A DNA stretch of 20,511 nt from Chiloscyllium plagiosum (GCF_004010195.1 NC_057720.1:23970458-23990968); one strand, 5' to 3'; numbered from the stretch's first letter, positions 11,306 through 20,511 are shown. Translations and numbers: made by a program. The notes: generated from the sequence alone by a model not told the origin.

Positions 11306-12278
11306 GACTTGCCCAACACTTCATAGTCCTCTATTAATCAGCTCACCAACCCCTATCTTCCTCAATAAAGTTGGAAGGGCTATCAGCAGCCAAAAGTATT
11401 TCATACTTGAAAGTGACAAATACATCCTACAGTTGTGGCATTTTAACAATCAATTTATTTGCTAGCCACAGACTAAAGCATAGAGGCATAGATTCCTCAG
11501 TAAATCTCTGCTAAAACTCTATGTACTTCATATTTTAATCTCTTCCTGTCTAGAGTTGCAATTAATGAAAAAGAGTAGCAGGGTATCCATGGCTGAAGGA
11601 TACTGTTGTTGTTGGACGATGAAATACTTTATGACATCCAGTGACTCATTGAGGGTTTGAAATGAGCATACCAATTCCATGTGCAAAAGCCCCAAAAGAG
11701 ATAGACATTTGACATTGCTGAGGTACAAATGTTAACTTATTTCCAATCAACAGAAATGTCAGTCATTATTTCTCTTACAACCTATGCTCCCTTTCGACAT
11801 GAACCATATGATGTTGCACAGAATCTTGAAGGAAGCACAGATGAAGAAAGCACAGATAATTGATGTGCTCACTTCAGCATGATCCTTATTATTAAAGTGC
11901 TGCAAATACTTTGTGTGTCATGTTCAAAACTGACTGTGGTGTCTATTGAGATCATATGACATGTCAACAGATCCAGCAGACATGAGCCATTCAGCATCAA
12001 TTTTGTTTCTGGTTATTTGTTTTCTCTGTAATGTGGCATTATGTTTTATCATCAGCACATTGACTTCCTAATCTTCAATGTGATTTTAAAAAGCCATTAA
12101 TTACAAATAAACAAGGGAAACTTCAATTTGCTCCATCATGTGGTTTGATGCCATGCTAGGCATTTGGGTTCAAGATACACTGGTTGGATAAAGTTTAAAG
12201 TTTAGATCTGTCTTCAGGCTTGGACTTCAAAATAACACTATTTATAATATTACATACTAAACACTGCTGCACATGGTT

Positions 12279-12508
12279 AACATAGAACATAGTACAGGCC
12301 CTTCAGCCCTCCATGTTGTGCTGACCTGTGAAAATAATCTGATGCCCATTTAACCACACTGTTCCATTATTACCCATATGTATGTCCAATGCCCATTTAA
12401 ATGTCCTTAACGTCAGCAAGTCTACCACTGTTGCAGCAGACCGTTCCATGCCCCTACTACTCTCTGAGTGAAGAAACTACCCTTAATATCTGTCCTAAGT
12501 CTATCACA
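12279..12508 (-). mobile_element. CR1 LINE 3' end, 5'-truncated
   Basis: Starts with reverse-complemented tail 'aacatagaacatag...caggcccttcagccc'; minus strand encodes decayed FFTQRVVGAWN.L end of ORF2. Confidence 0.85.
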
Positions 12509-13004
12509 TATCAAATCACATATATATAAATATTACGTAATGACCAATTCATATTCTTTGTTTATGTCCATGTGCTTTTATAACTCTGTCATAAAAGCAG
12601 GGTGTTCTGGTCTGTTATTGTGCTCTCCTAACTTTGTCCATGCTGTGCTATCTGTATTCAGTCATGTAACATCATCATAAGATGGCTCCAGGGTCCTGAA
12701 GCACTTGGGCGACAGAAACCAGAGAGTCAGAGTTAAAATGGGGTCAATGTATAAAGTATTCAATTACCTGTCATCTAATGACTGTGTTTCCTTGGCCAAC
12801 TGTGTCACTCACATGACTTGTATTATGGACTAGACCAGACCCACACTCCCCCCGCCCCAAGTTAATATTAAGGTGGTAAAGAAGAAAACAGCAATCAATG
12901 TGTGGCAGGAAGGGGCAGAAAATATAAGCAGAAAAGCAGTGGAAGAAATTAGAACCGGAATACGTAATAGTAGTAAAAAGTCAAAGCCTGATTGTGCACA
13001 ACAT

Positions 13005-14036
13005 GTCATAGAGCTATAGAGTCAGAAGAGATACACAGCACGGGAACAGACCCCTCGGTCCAACGTGTCCATGCCAACCAGATATCCAAAATGAATCTAG
13101 TCCCATTGCCTATATCCCTCTAAATCCTTCCTATTCTTATACCCATCCAAATGCCTTTGAAATGCTGTAATCGTACTACCCTCCAACACTGGCAGTTCAT
13201 TCCACACACACAACCTCTGTGTGAAAAAAGTTACCCCTTAAATCTTGCCCATCACCTTAAACCTGTGCCCTATATTTTTGGACTTCCCCATCCTGGGGAA
13301 AAGACCTTGTCTATTTACCCTATCCATGCCCCTCATGATTTGATAAACCTCTGTCAGGTCACCCCTCAGCTTCTGTGGTTCCACAGAAAACAGCCCCAGC
13401 CTGTTCAGCCTCTCCTTATAGCTCAAACCCTCCAACATCCGTGTAAATCTTGTTTGAACCCTCTCAAGTTTCACAACATCCTTCCTATAGGAGGCAGACC
13501 AGAATTGCACGCAGTGTTCCAATAGTGACTTAACCAATGTCCTGTACAGCCACAACATGAGCTCCAACTCCTATACTGAATGCACTGACCAATAAAGGAA
13601 AGCATACCAAATGTCTTCTCCACCATCCTATCTACCTGCGACTCCACTTTCAAGGAACTATGAACCTGCACTCCAAGGTCTCTTTGTTCAGGAACACTCC
13701 CCAGGACCTTACCATTAAGTGTGTAAGTCCTGCTCTGATTTGCCTTTCCAAAATGCAGCACCTCACACTTATCTAAATTAAAGTACATCTGCCACTCCTT
13801 GGCCCATCTGATCAAGATCCTGTAACCTGACATAACCTTCTTCGCTGTCCACTACATCTCCAATTTTGGTACCAACTGCAAACTTACTAACCATACCTCC
13901 TATTTTCACATCCAAATTATTTATATAAATAACAATATGAAGTGGACCCAACATTGATCCTTGTGGCCTCTGGTCACAGGCCTCTAGTCTGAAAAGCAAC
14001 CGTCCACCACCACATCTTCTACCTTTGAGCAGGTTT
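13005..14036 (-). mobile_element. CR1 (HER1-like) LINE, 5'-truncated, about 1 kb of frameshifted RT/ORF2 plus 3'UTR
   Basis: ORF track fragments give PQGSMLGPL..IYINNLD..SKFA..TKIG, WAKEWQMYFNLDKCEVLHFG, QRDLGVQV, LYRTLV..LEHCVQFWS, LERVQ.RFTRM, RGDL.EVY, all CR1 ORF2 motifs split over frames; tail repeats at 13005-13030. Confidence 0.95.
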
Positions 14037-14427
14037 GTGTAAAAAGGAAGATAAGTTGACAACACAAATAGAAATAATGAAAAACCAAAATAACTGCGAT
14101 GTTGGATATCATAAAGAAAAGTAGAAATTACTGGAAAAAGTCAGTAGGTCTGCCAGCATTTGAGGAGAGAAATCAGAGTTAACATTTCAGGTCCAGTGAT
14201 GCTTCCTCAGAATCGCTATGAAGAAGTCACTGAACGTGAAACATTAACTCTGATTTCTCTCCTCAAATGCTGGCAGACCTACTGACTTTTTCCAGTAATT
14301 TCTACTTTGGTTTATGATATCCAACATCGCAGTTATTTTGGTTTTTCATTATTTCTATTTGTGTTGTCAACTTATCTTCCTTTTTACACAAACCTGCTCA
14401 AAGGTAGAAGATGTGGTGGTGGACGGT
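13999..14427. repeat. 191-bp near-perfect inverted repeat (13999-14189 / 14237-14427)
   Basis: Manual comparison shows 4 mismatches over 191 bp, 47-bp spacer; arms include CR1 and flanking DNA outside the Penelope-like element. Confidence 0.95.
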
Positions 14428-14550
14428 CCAGTGATGCTTCCTCAGAATCGCTATGAAGAAGAGTCACTGAACGCGAAACATTAACTCTGATTTCTCTCCT
14501 CTGATGCTGCCAGACCTGCTGAGCCTTTCCAGCAATTTCTGTTTTCGTTC
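14082..14550. mobile_element. Palindromic Penelope-like pLTR pair, second subfamily (copy C), locally rearranged
   Basis: 'aaaataactgcgatgttgga...ctggaaaaagtcagtaggtctgccagcat...gagttaacatttcaggtccagtga...cttcctcag' with an inverted partner; minus-strand hammerhead-like CUGAGGA...GAAA-UGUU-AACUC at 14210-14176. Confidence 0.75.
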
Positions 14551-15839
14551 AAAATAAAGGAGTATTGAAAGCTATTACAGAGAGTTGGAACCATGATGTA
14601 ATAACATCAGATCACATGAAATTAACTGGGAGCTGTGTGTAAGGTTCCAGAGATATCCTCTGAGCATCTCTTGTTGTACTTCCTACATCATTCACTAACT
14701 TGGGTATGAACTACCTTCTATCAGCAAAACAGACCTGATCATATTATATCATCTGTCTACAGAAACCACGTGTTTTTTTTTATTGGGATCATGGACAGGG
14801 AATCTGTTTTGCTCATTCATAGCCCATGCAGAAAATGTACTCCAATCATTTGGTTTCTTAAGGCAGCATATACATTAGTATTGTTTCTTTGGGGAGGAGA
14901 GGCTGAAGTTTGGTGTGTGACCTGTATGTAGTTAGTTCAGTGTGGGGGTCTAAACAGTCATTAGTTGCAGCCAATGTGTTGCATGGCATCAACAATCAAT
15001 CACAAGAGGCTGAAAGTGCTGTCCCAATTGGTGAAAAATCTTCAAGGTTGAGAAGATCATTGTCATGAGATTGGTCTGCAACAATGTAACGCGTGTGTAG
15101 ATTGTAATGTAGCTTTGTGTTGGTGATATATCTGGGGAGAAATTGCTTGCAGGAAATACCAGATCACCTAGAGAGAGCTAAAGCTAGCTTAGTGGTTGCT
15201 GCTGCAGAAAGTCCCTTTCCTCTTGATATTGAGAGTAACATGAGAGGGAGAAATAGTGAACCAATGTTGCACAGTTTCACAATAGGAAACTTCAGTGTCA
15301 TTGCTCCAGTGAAATACAAACCTGAACACAGTGTGGACTACAATGACGTGATCAGAAATTGCTGACATTGCTGGCTTTGCTACAGACTTCAACACCGTGA
15401 ATCATTGTATGGTGAACCTTACATATTCAGTTTTAAACAACAGTATTGCATCACCAGCACTTTACTCTTCTTGCCATTAGTAACCAGAGCAGTACGTAAA
15501 AGTTGTCCTCAATTCCACAAACAAAGAAAATTGCCCTTGATAAAAGGAGCTCGGATTTATTGCAACCTGATATATTAATACAGTTTCTGGGTACAATATA
15601 GTGACACACGCATTTCCAAATGAAGATAATAAATCTTACTACCAGCCATTTATGGTCCAGAGATAACAACTAAAAATAACTGAACTCTTTACTTGGGTAG
15701 GAAAGGAACATTCATTGAGGTACATATTTCATACTAAGGTATATAAATGAAAACATGAAGGTAATTCAGCAATGTTATAGATGTCACAGAAATGCTTGTA
15801 TCTCATTCCAATAGTTAATGTACTAATTGTCCTCTCTTG

Positions 15840-16710
15840 CTGGAATGTTTCTTGATAATGGGACTCCACCCAGAGACAACCCCACTTCAACAGTCTGCAG
15901 AACCCATACCCACATTATAATTGTATCGCCCAACAATTGGTGGTTGTCAACTGCTATAGCTTTAAGAAAGCTGCCACCAGTCACCGGGGCTGCTGGCCAA
16001 TTAGAGGGCCAGTAGCTCAGCAGTCTCAACAGTGCATGCAGTGTTATGTTGGCCATTGTTGGGAATGCAACTGGACGAGAAGGATGTCATGGAAAGTACA
16101 GCCTTCCTTGCAAATTGAGAGGGGCTTGGGATTGCTGAGGCCATTATGGCTGAGACTGGCAGTGAGTTGGGGGGAGAATTGGTAAAGGTAGGTAGTGCCT
16201 TTGCCATGGGATGACCATTGCTACTGTAGGCACCCTCAATGGATCAAAGAGAATCCCTCACCCCTGACCATGGGCTGGCAGGAAAGTTGCCAGGGTTCAC
16301 TGGACATTGTCTCCATTATGGTGGAGAGCACCCCCACATCTCCCACTACTGATAAGATGGCAATGAGGGCAGGAGGAGATCCTTTTTTGATGTCCAGGTA
16401 AGTGCTTAAATTGGCTTTTGGGCAAGAGCCGAAAAGGATGGCGCTGGAACAGCACAGCAGGTCAGGTAGCATCTGAGGGGCAAGAGAGCTGATGTTTCGA
16501 GTATAAGCCCTTCATTTGGAATGTGGGCAAGAGGGCTGTCAGCCACCTTTAGAATCGCTGTCAGATGGTGTGACAATGGGCAGTTACATGCATTCCAACG
16601 CCACTTCCAACATCCCCACACCACCAAACCCTGCCTCTCACCCCCCATCCCAAGTACCCTCCAAACACATCTCCCATCCAGTGCCCTAAAGGCTGGTAAA
16701 ATTCAGCCTT
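15840..16710. mobile_element. GC-richer interspersed repeat, possibly a non-autonomous DNA transposon, interrupted by copy D
   Basis: Abrupt GC rise relative to flanks; right end 'ggctggtaaaattcagcc' resembles recalled termini of shark Harbinger-like MITEs; matching left terminal repeat not identified. Confidence 0.35.
16429..16523 (-). mobile_element. Short decayed Penelope-like pLTR fragment (copy D), 10-bp TSD
   Basis: 'gctggaacagcacagcaggtcaggtagcatc...gatgtttcgagtataagcccttcatttggaat' homologous to copies A/G; tgggcaagag at 16419-16428 and 16524-16533. Confidence 0.75.
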
Positions 16711-16788
16711 TTGTGTTATGCTGAGGAACACTGGAGAGAAAGGTTAAACTGGGGGAAATTGGTTAATGCCAGTGCTACATTGACTGAT

Positions 16789-17011
16789 AGTTGAGAGTGT
16801 GTTGCTGGAAAAGCAGCATGTCAGGCAGCATCCGAGGAACAGGAAAATCGACATTTCGGGCCAGAGCCCTTCATCAGGGTGAAGGGCTGGTGAAGGGTTT
16901 ATACCGAAACATCGATTTACCTGCTCCGCGGATGCTGCCTGACTTGCTGTGCTTTTCCAGCAACACACTCTCAACTCTGATCTCCAGCATCTGCAGACCT
17001 CACTGCCTCCT
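16789..17011. mobile_element. Palindromic Penelope-like pLTR pair (copy E), 17-bp TSD
   Basis: Arms 16789-16877 and 16887-16976 are inverted copies; right arm extends to the common 3' end (ccagcatctgcagacctcactgcctcc); ctacattgactgatagt (16775-16791) / ctacattggctgatagt (17010-17026). Confidence 0.9.
16847..16879 (-). ncRNA. Minimal type I hammerhead ribozyme motif
   Basis: Minus strand: CUGAUGA-A-GGGC-UCUG-GCCC-GAAA-UGUC; plus-strand partner at 16887-16914 has a mutated core (CUGGUGA). Confidence 0.55.
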
Positions 17012-17508
17012 ACATTGGCTGATAGTAGATTGAAGTCTGATTACAGTGTAAAACCAAATGGTCATTCATTATCTGACTGTTTTGTGCTATTGGTCTATTT
17101 CACCACTCATTGGGTTGCATTTTACAAGGCACCCTCAAAACAAAAGTTAGGTGTCAATTTTTAAAAAAGCATTGCAAATGATACACACTATTGGCAGCCT
17201 CCAAGAGCACAATCCTCAGTGGAACGATGAACCACCTTTCAGAGATGCCTGCCCAAGTTGAATGGCACTTTTTGGTAGCCAATTTGGCACTGGCAGTCCA
17301 CTGGAAATGTGCACATATGGCGAGGAGGTCTCAACTGGCACTGTGCTCATATGCAACATGTAGTTAACAAATGCAATGCAATGCCTTATTTCCCCATTTT
17401 GCCATCCTTACCCTGGATCCTTCCATTTTGTGCACCGAAAATAGAAATGATCCCCTGTAAATCTAAAATAGTAACCTTTTCATAATGTTATTACTATAGT
17501 CCCCTACA

Positions 17509-17620
17509 AGGAAGGGTCATTCAACTCAAAGCATTAACTTTGTTTCTTTCTCCACAGCAGGTACCAGACTGTTGAGTTTTTCCAGCAACTTTCTATTTTT
17601 ATTTCAGGTAGCCAGCAGTG
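17509..17620 (+). mobile_element. Decayed Penelope-like pLTR fragment, second subfamily (copy F)
   Basis: 'ggaagggtcattcaactcaaagcattaactttgtttctttctccacag...ccagactgttgagtttttccagcaactttctatttttatttcag' is homologous to 14455-14550. Confidence 0.65.
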
Positions 17621-17639
17621 TTTTACTTCTCGAACCATT

Positions 17640-17843
17640 GAAAATAGGCCAGAAAATGCCGGAATAGGCCATTCAGCCCTTCATGCCTGCTCTGTTGCAT
17701 ATGAGCACAGTGCCAGTTGAGACCTCATAGCTGATCATCCAACTCAATCCCCGTTCCAGTTTTCTCCCTCTATTTTTTGATCCCTTTAGTCCTATGAAGT
17801 AGACCTGACTCCTTCTCGAAAATATTCACTGTTTTATCCTCTA
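17640..17843 (-). mobile_element. CR1 LINE 3' end fragment
   Basis: 'taggccattcagcccttcatgcctgctc...atagctgatcatccaactc...tttgatccctttagtcct...ctccttctcgaaaatattca' is the reverse complement of a CR1 3' end and overlaps in homology with 3940-3988. Confidence 0.75.
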
Positions 17844-18169
17844 CGAAGTCTGTCATGAATGTAATTTAACACCAACATGCTGAATATCCAGCTTACTGGG
17901 ACAGTTTTGTCACATTTGCTCAGGATGGGAATAAGTTACCTCGCCTTTTCAAACAATCTCATCAAAATAATTCTGGTCTAAGGGAACATATGGTCTGTCA
18001 CTCAAACGTGACAGCTATGCCAGCAATCTGTGTCTGCATCCCTTCATCACACGTGTCCTACTGGGTCAGACCAGTACCATTATCTGTTGGAAGTCGTCCT
18101 GACAAGCAAAGATACTCTCCACCCCACTGCAGCCAGACCTGCCTCTCCCTCTCCTACACATGCTATTTA

Positions 18170-18205
18170 CCCTCCTACTTCTGTTCTTTCTGCTTTGATT
18201 CTCAG
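18170..18205 (+). promoter_or_regulatory. Polypyrimidine tract and 3' splice acceptor directly before the PALMD ATG exon
   Basis: cctcctacttctgttctttctgctttgattctcAG|G ATG; AG at 18204-18205. Confidence 0.65.
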
Positions 18206-18206
18206 G

Positions 18207-18251
18207 ATGGAAGAGACTGATCTGCTGAAAGAAAGGCTACAAGCTATCACG
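18207..18251 (+). CDS. PALMD: Palmdelphin (paralemmin family), first coding exon; the rest of the gene lies downstream of the window
   Basis: ATG GAA GAG ACT GAT CTG CTG AAA GAA AGG CTA CAA GCT ATC ACG = MEETDLLKERLQAIT, versus recalled human PALMD MEEAELVKGRLQAIT (PALM2 reads MAEAELHKERLQAIA); 15 codons followed by a consensus phase-0 donor G|GTAAGT (18252-18257); good Kozak context (aggATGG). Confidence 0.88.
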
Positions 18252-19446
18252 GTAAGTCCTCTGACTTTGCCTTCTGTGTAATCCTGTCTGTGTACGCTTG
18301 TGTTGTGGTTGTATATGAAGGGCATTTTCAGGTCAAAACCTCCAAGGGCCTCCAACTTCAGAAACTGTGAGTTCTCCTTGCAGACAGAAGTCAAAGTCTC
18401 TCCTTCAGCCATTCAGCTGTTTTTACCGACAGTGCATTCCAGACTCACTTTCACCCCAGATGTTGGCAAAAGTATACTTTTAATCTTTCAATAAATAACT
18501 CCTGAAATGAAGTTTTTTTTTAAAATGGAATCTGCAACACAGTCGAACACAGAGACATGTCAATGCATTGATTTTAAAAGTATCAGCTTCCTCATGAGAT
18601 TAGATCCTGTGCCAAGTACCATGACACCGGTCTGCTAGAGGGCAAGTTGGTTATTTTCTAGATGAGAATGGAATGTGAAGCCACGTCATTTTAATCATAG
18701 CATGGCTTTCTGTGTAGTGTGGCACTTTCACAATAATTTTATAGTGGAAGATATGCTTAATGCAAGAATTTGAAAATCTTGGTGATAATAAAACAAATGT
18801 CCGCGTTTGAAAATTTGTAATAATCAGGAAGAATTCCAATTAGACTGTCATGCTTATATTGTTCTTATCAATAGTCTGTATATTTGTCATTTTATGATAC
18901 CACACCTGCTATGCATTAAAAATGGTATTGTTAAATGTATGCCATAGTAATATCTAATTGTTTAAGATACTACAGATCACATGGATGGGGTGTGGACTTT
19001 TCTTGCATCTCTATGGACTACTATATTAATGGCAGGTGATTAGATCATAGGATAAAAATCTAAATTCGAAACTGGCATGTCACAAATTTATCTCGTCACT
19101 AAGCCAGGAAAATTATGCACCACAGCATTAGTATAGAAGTGTTGAGTGGTAGTTTTTTTATATATACAATTGTGTAAGTAAATCTTTTTTCCATTCTTTT
19201 ATGCCAATCCACAAACAATTTTCTGGATTACATTCTCCTACACTTTAAGACACAATACATTTTCTTACAAGTTACTATTTCACATATAAATTTTTATACA
19301 GTTTTTAATGACAAATAATTATTACTTTGGCTGCATGCATTTTAACAAGAGTTTGACAGATTTTGCTTCAGCAACAAGAAGTCTCATACCTCATAACTCA
19401 AAAAGATTTTTAAAAGGTCCAGGTACATTCCACAAAGTGAAAATAA

Positions 19447-19831
19447 TGAGAGGCAACCTTACAGAGGTTTATAAAATCATAAGGGGCATGAATAAGGTGA
19501 AGAGCCAAGCTCTTTCTCCTCCAGTTGGGGAGTCCAAAACTAGAGGGCATAGGTTTAAGGTGGGAGGGGAAAGCCTTTAAAGGGACCCGAGGGGTAACGT
19601 TTTCATGCAGAGTTGCAAGTGTGGAACAAGCTGCCAGAGGAAGTGGTGGAGATGGTTACAATTACAACACTTAAAAGGCATCTGGATGGGTATATGAATA
19701 GGAAGAGGCTAGAAGGGCATGAGCCAAATGCTGGCAAATCGGACGAGGTCAGATTGGGATGTCTGGTCAGTGCAGACAAGTTGGACCAAACGGTCTGTTT
19801 CTGTGCTGTATAACGCTATGACACAATGACT
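19447..19831 (+). mobile_element. CR1 (HER1-like) LINE 3' end, in PALMD intron
   Basis: RGNLTEVYKIIRGM.KV....L.P.VGESKTRGHRFKV and VWNKLPEEVVE..TITT.KRHLDGYMNRK in two frames, then 3'UTR 'ttggaccaaacggtctgtttctgtgctgtata...ctatgac'; same family as 13005-14036. Confidence 0.92.
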
Positions 19832-20191
19832 GCAATAGATAAGAGAGGCACATTACATGTATATAATAATTGCTAAAAGGAGTGATATGTTGCCAAATCT
19901 TGCAATCATCAAGATAAATGCAAGAATGCCAAATTTCAAATACGCATAACAACTTAGACTAGAAGAGGAGAGGGTGCTGATTGATTGGCAAATCAACTCT
20001 GGTCGAAGTCTTGCCATGGACAAAACAACAGGAGAGTGTAGGCTCCCCAACTTCCAGCATAATTCAAAAAAGGCACAAGGCTGAAATATATATTTTTTAT
20101 TTGTAGAGAACCTGAATGTCTACTGATACTAGCAAACATAAATCAGTCATGTTACAAACTCAATTGACTTTCTTCAACTAATTATTAGTAC

Positions 20192-20511
20192 AGAGCTGAA
20201 AATGTGTTGCTGGAAAAGCTCAGTAGGTCAGGCAGCATCCAGGGAACAGGAGAATCGACGTTTCGGGCATAAGCCCTTCTTCAGGAATGAGGAAAGTTTG
20301 TCCAGCAGGCTAAGATAAAAGGTAGGGAGGAGGGACTTGGGGGAGGGCCGTCGGATATGTGATAGGTTGAAAGAGGTCAAGGTGAGGACCAGTTCCAAAA
20401 ACGCACAACCCAGATGGCCTCCTTCTTCAAGGACCGCAACTTCCCCCCCGACATGGTCGATGATGCCCTCCACCGCATCTCTTCCACTTCCCGCTCCTCC
20501 GCCCTTGAGCC
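20192..20511. mobile_element. Penelope-like retroelement (copy G): inverted pLTR segment (20192-20386, minus) joined to plus-strand ORF fragment (20384-20511, runs off window)
   Basis: 20384-20509 (+) translates without stops as EDQFQKRTTQMASFFKDRNFPPDMVDDALHRISSTSRSSALE, matching the recalled RT-thumb region (F..R.[FY]P) of Penelope-like GIY-YIG retroelements; inverted 5' pLTR pieces are typical of this class. Confidence 0.85.
20253..20288 (-). ncRNA. Minimal type I hammerhead ribozyme with intact core
   Basis: Minus strand: AUUC-CUGAAGA-A-GGGC-UUAU-GCCC-GAAA-CGUC|GAUU; predicted cleavage after GUC, between 20257 and 20256. Confidence 0.72.

Noticed and set aside
13151..14065. ORFs of 95-124 aa in the ORF track
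   Set aside because: Frameshifted pieces of CR1 ORF2 (catalytic FADD mutated to FAVG) or their antisense frame; not a host gene.
15823..17164. Cluster of overlapping 62-82 aa ORFs on both strands, including two starting MRVCCWKS
   Set aside because: By-product of a GC-richer repeat and the palindromic copy E; no recognisable protein.
18030..18281. 83-aa ORF containing MEETDLLKERLQAIT
   Set aside because: Only the 15 codons between the acceptor/ATG and the GTAAGT donor are homologous to palmdelphin; the rest is UTR/intron read-through.
18332..18366. Possible 35-nt cassette exon (ttttcag|gtc...act|gtgagt)
   Set aside because: Weak pyrimidine tract, frameshifting length and no similarity to the expected next PALMD exon (DKR.IQEEI).
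20228..20473. 81-aa minus-strand ORF
   Set aside because: Antisense of the Penelope ORF fragment fused to pLTR sequence; the meaningful frame is the plus strand from 20384.

Overview
AT-rich eukaryotic genomic DNA. The repeat families (HE1/V-SINE-type SINE, CR1 LINEs, Penelope-like pLTR fragments) point to a cartilaginous fish, most likely a shark; this is inferred from recalled repeat families, not a database search. The only protein-coding signal I can support is one short exon, 18207-18251 (+), encoding MEETDLLKERLQAIT. It matches the N-terminus of palmdelphin (PALMD, paralemmin family) and has a GTAAGT donor and an AG acceptor one base before the ATG. The rest is upstream/intronic sequence rich in retroelements. 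The provided ORFs are decayed CR1 or Penelope sequence or chance ORFs. Most interesting: (1) seven Penelope-like insertions carrying minimal hammerhead-ribozyme motifs, several palindromic and flanked by 10-17 bp target-site duplications, one with an intact catalytic core; (2) a duplication/inversion/duplication rearrangement at 14.0-14.5 kb apparently seeded by one of these palindromes; (3) a perfect 34-bp inverted templated insertion at 17.7 kb; (4) a tRNA-Phe copy lacking its anticodon arm, with an apparent TSD, at the head of a tandem array of tRNA-like units.
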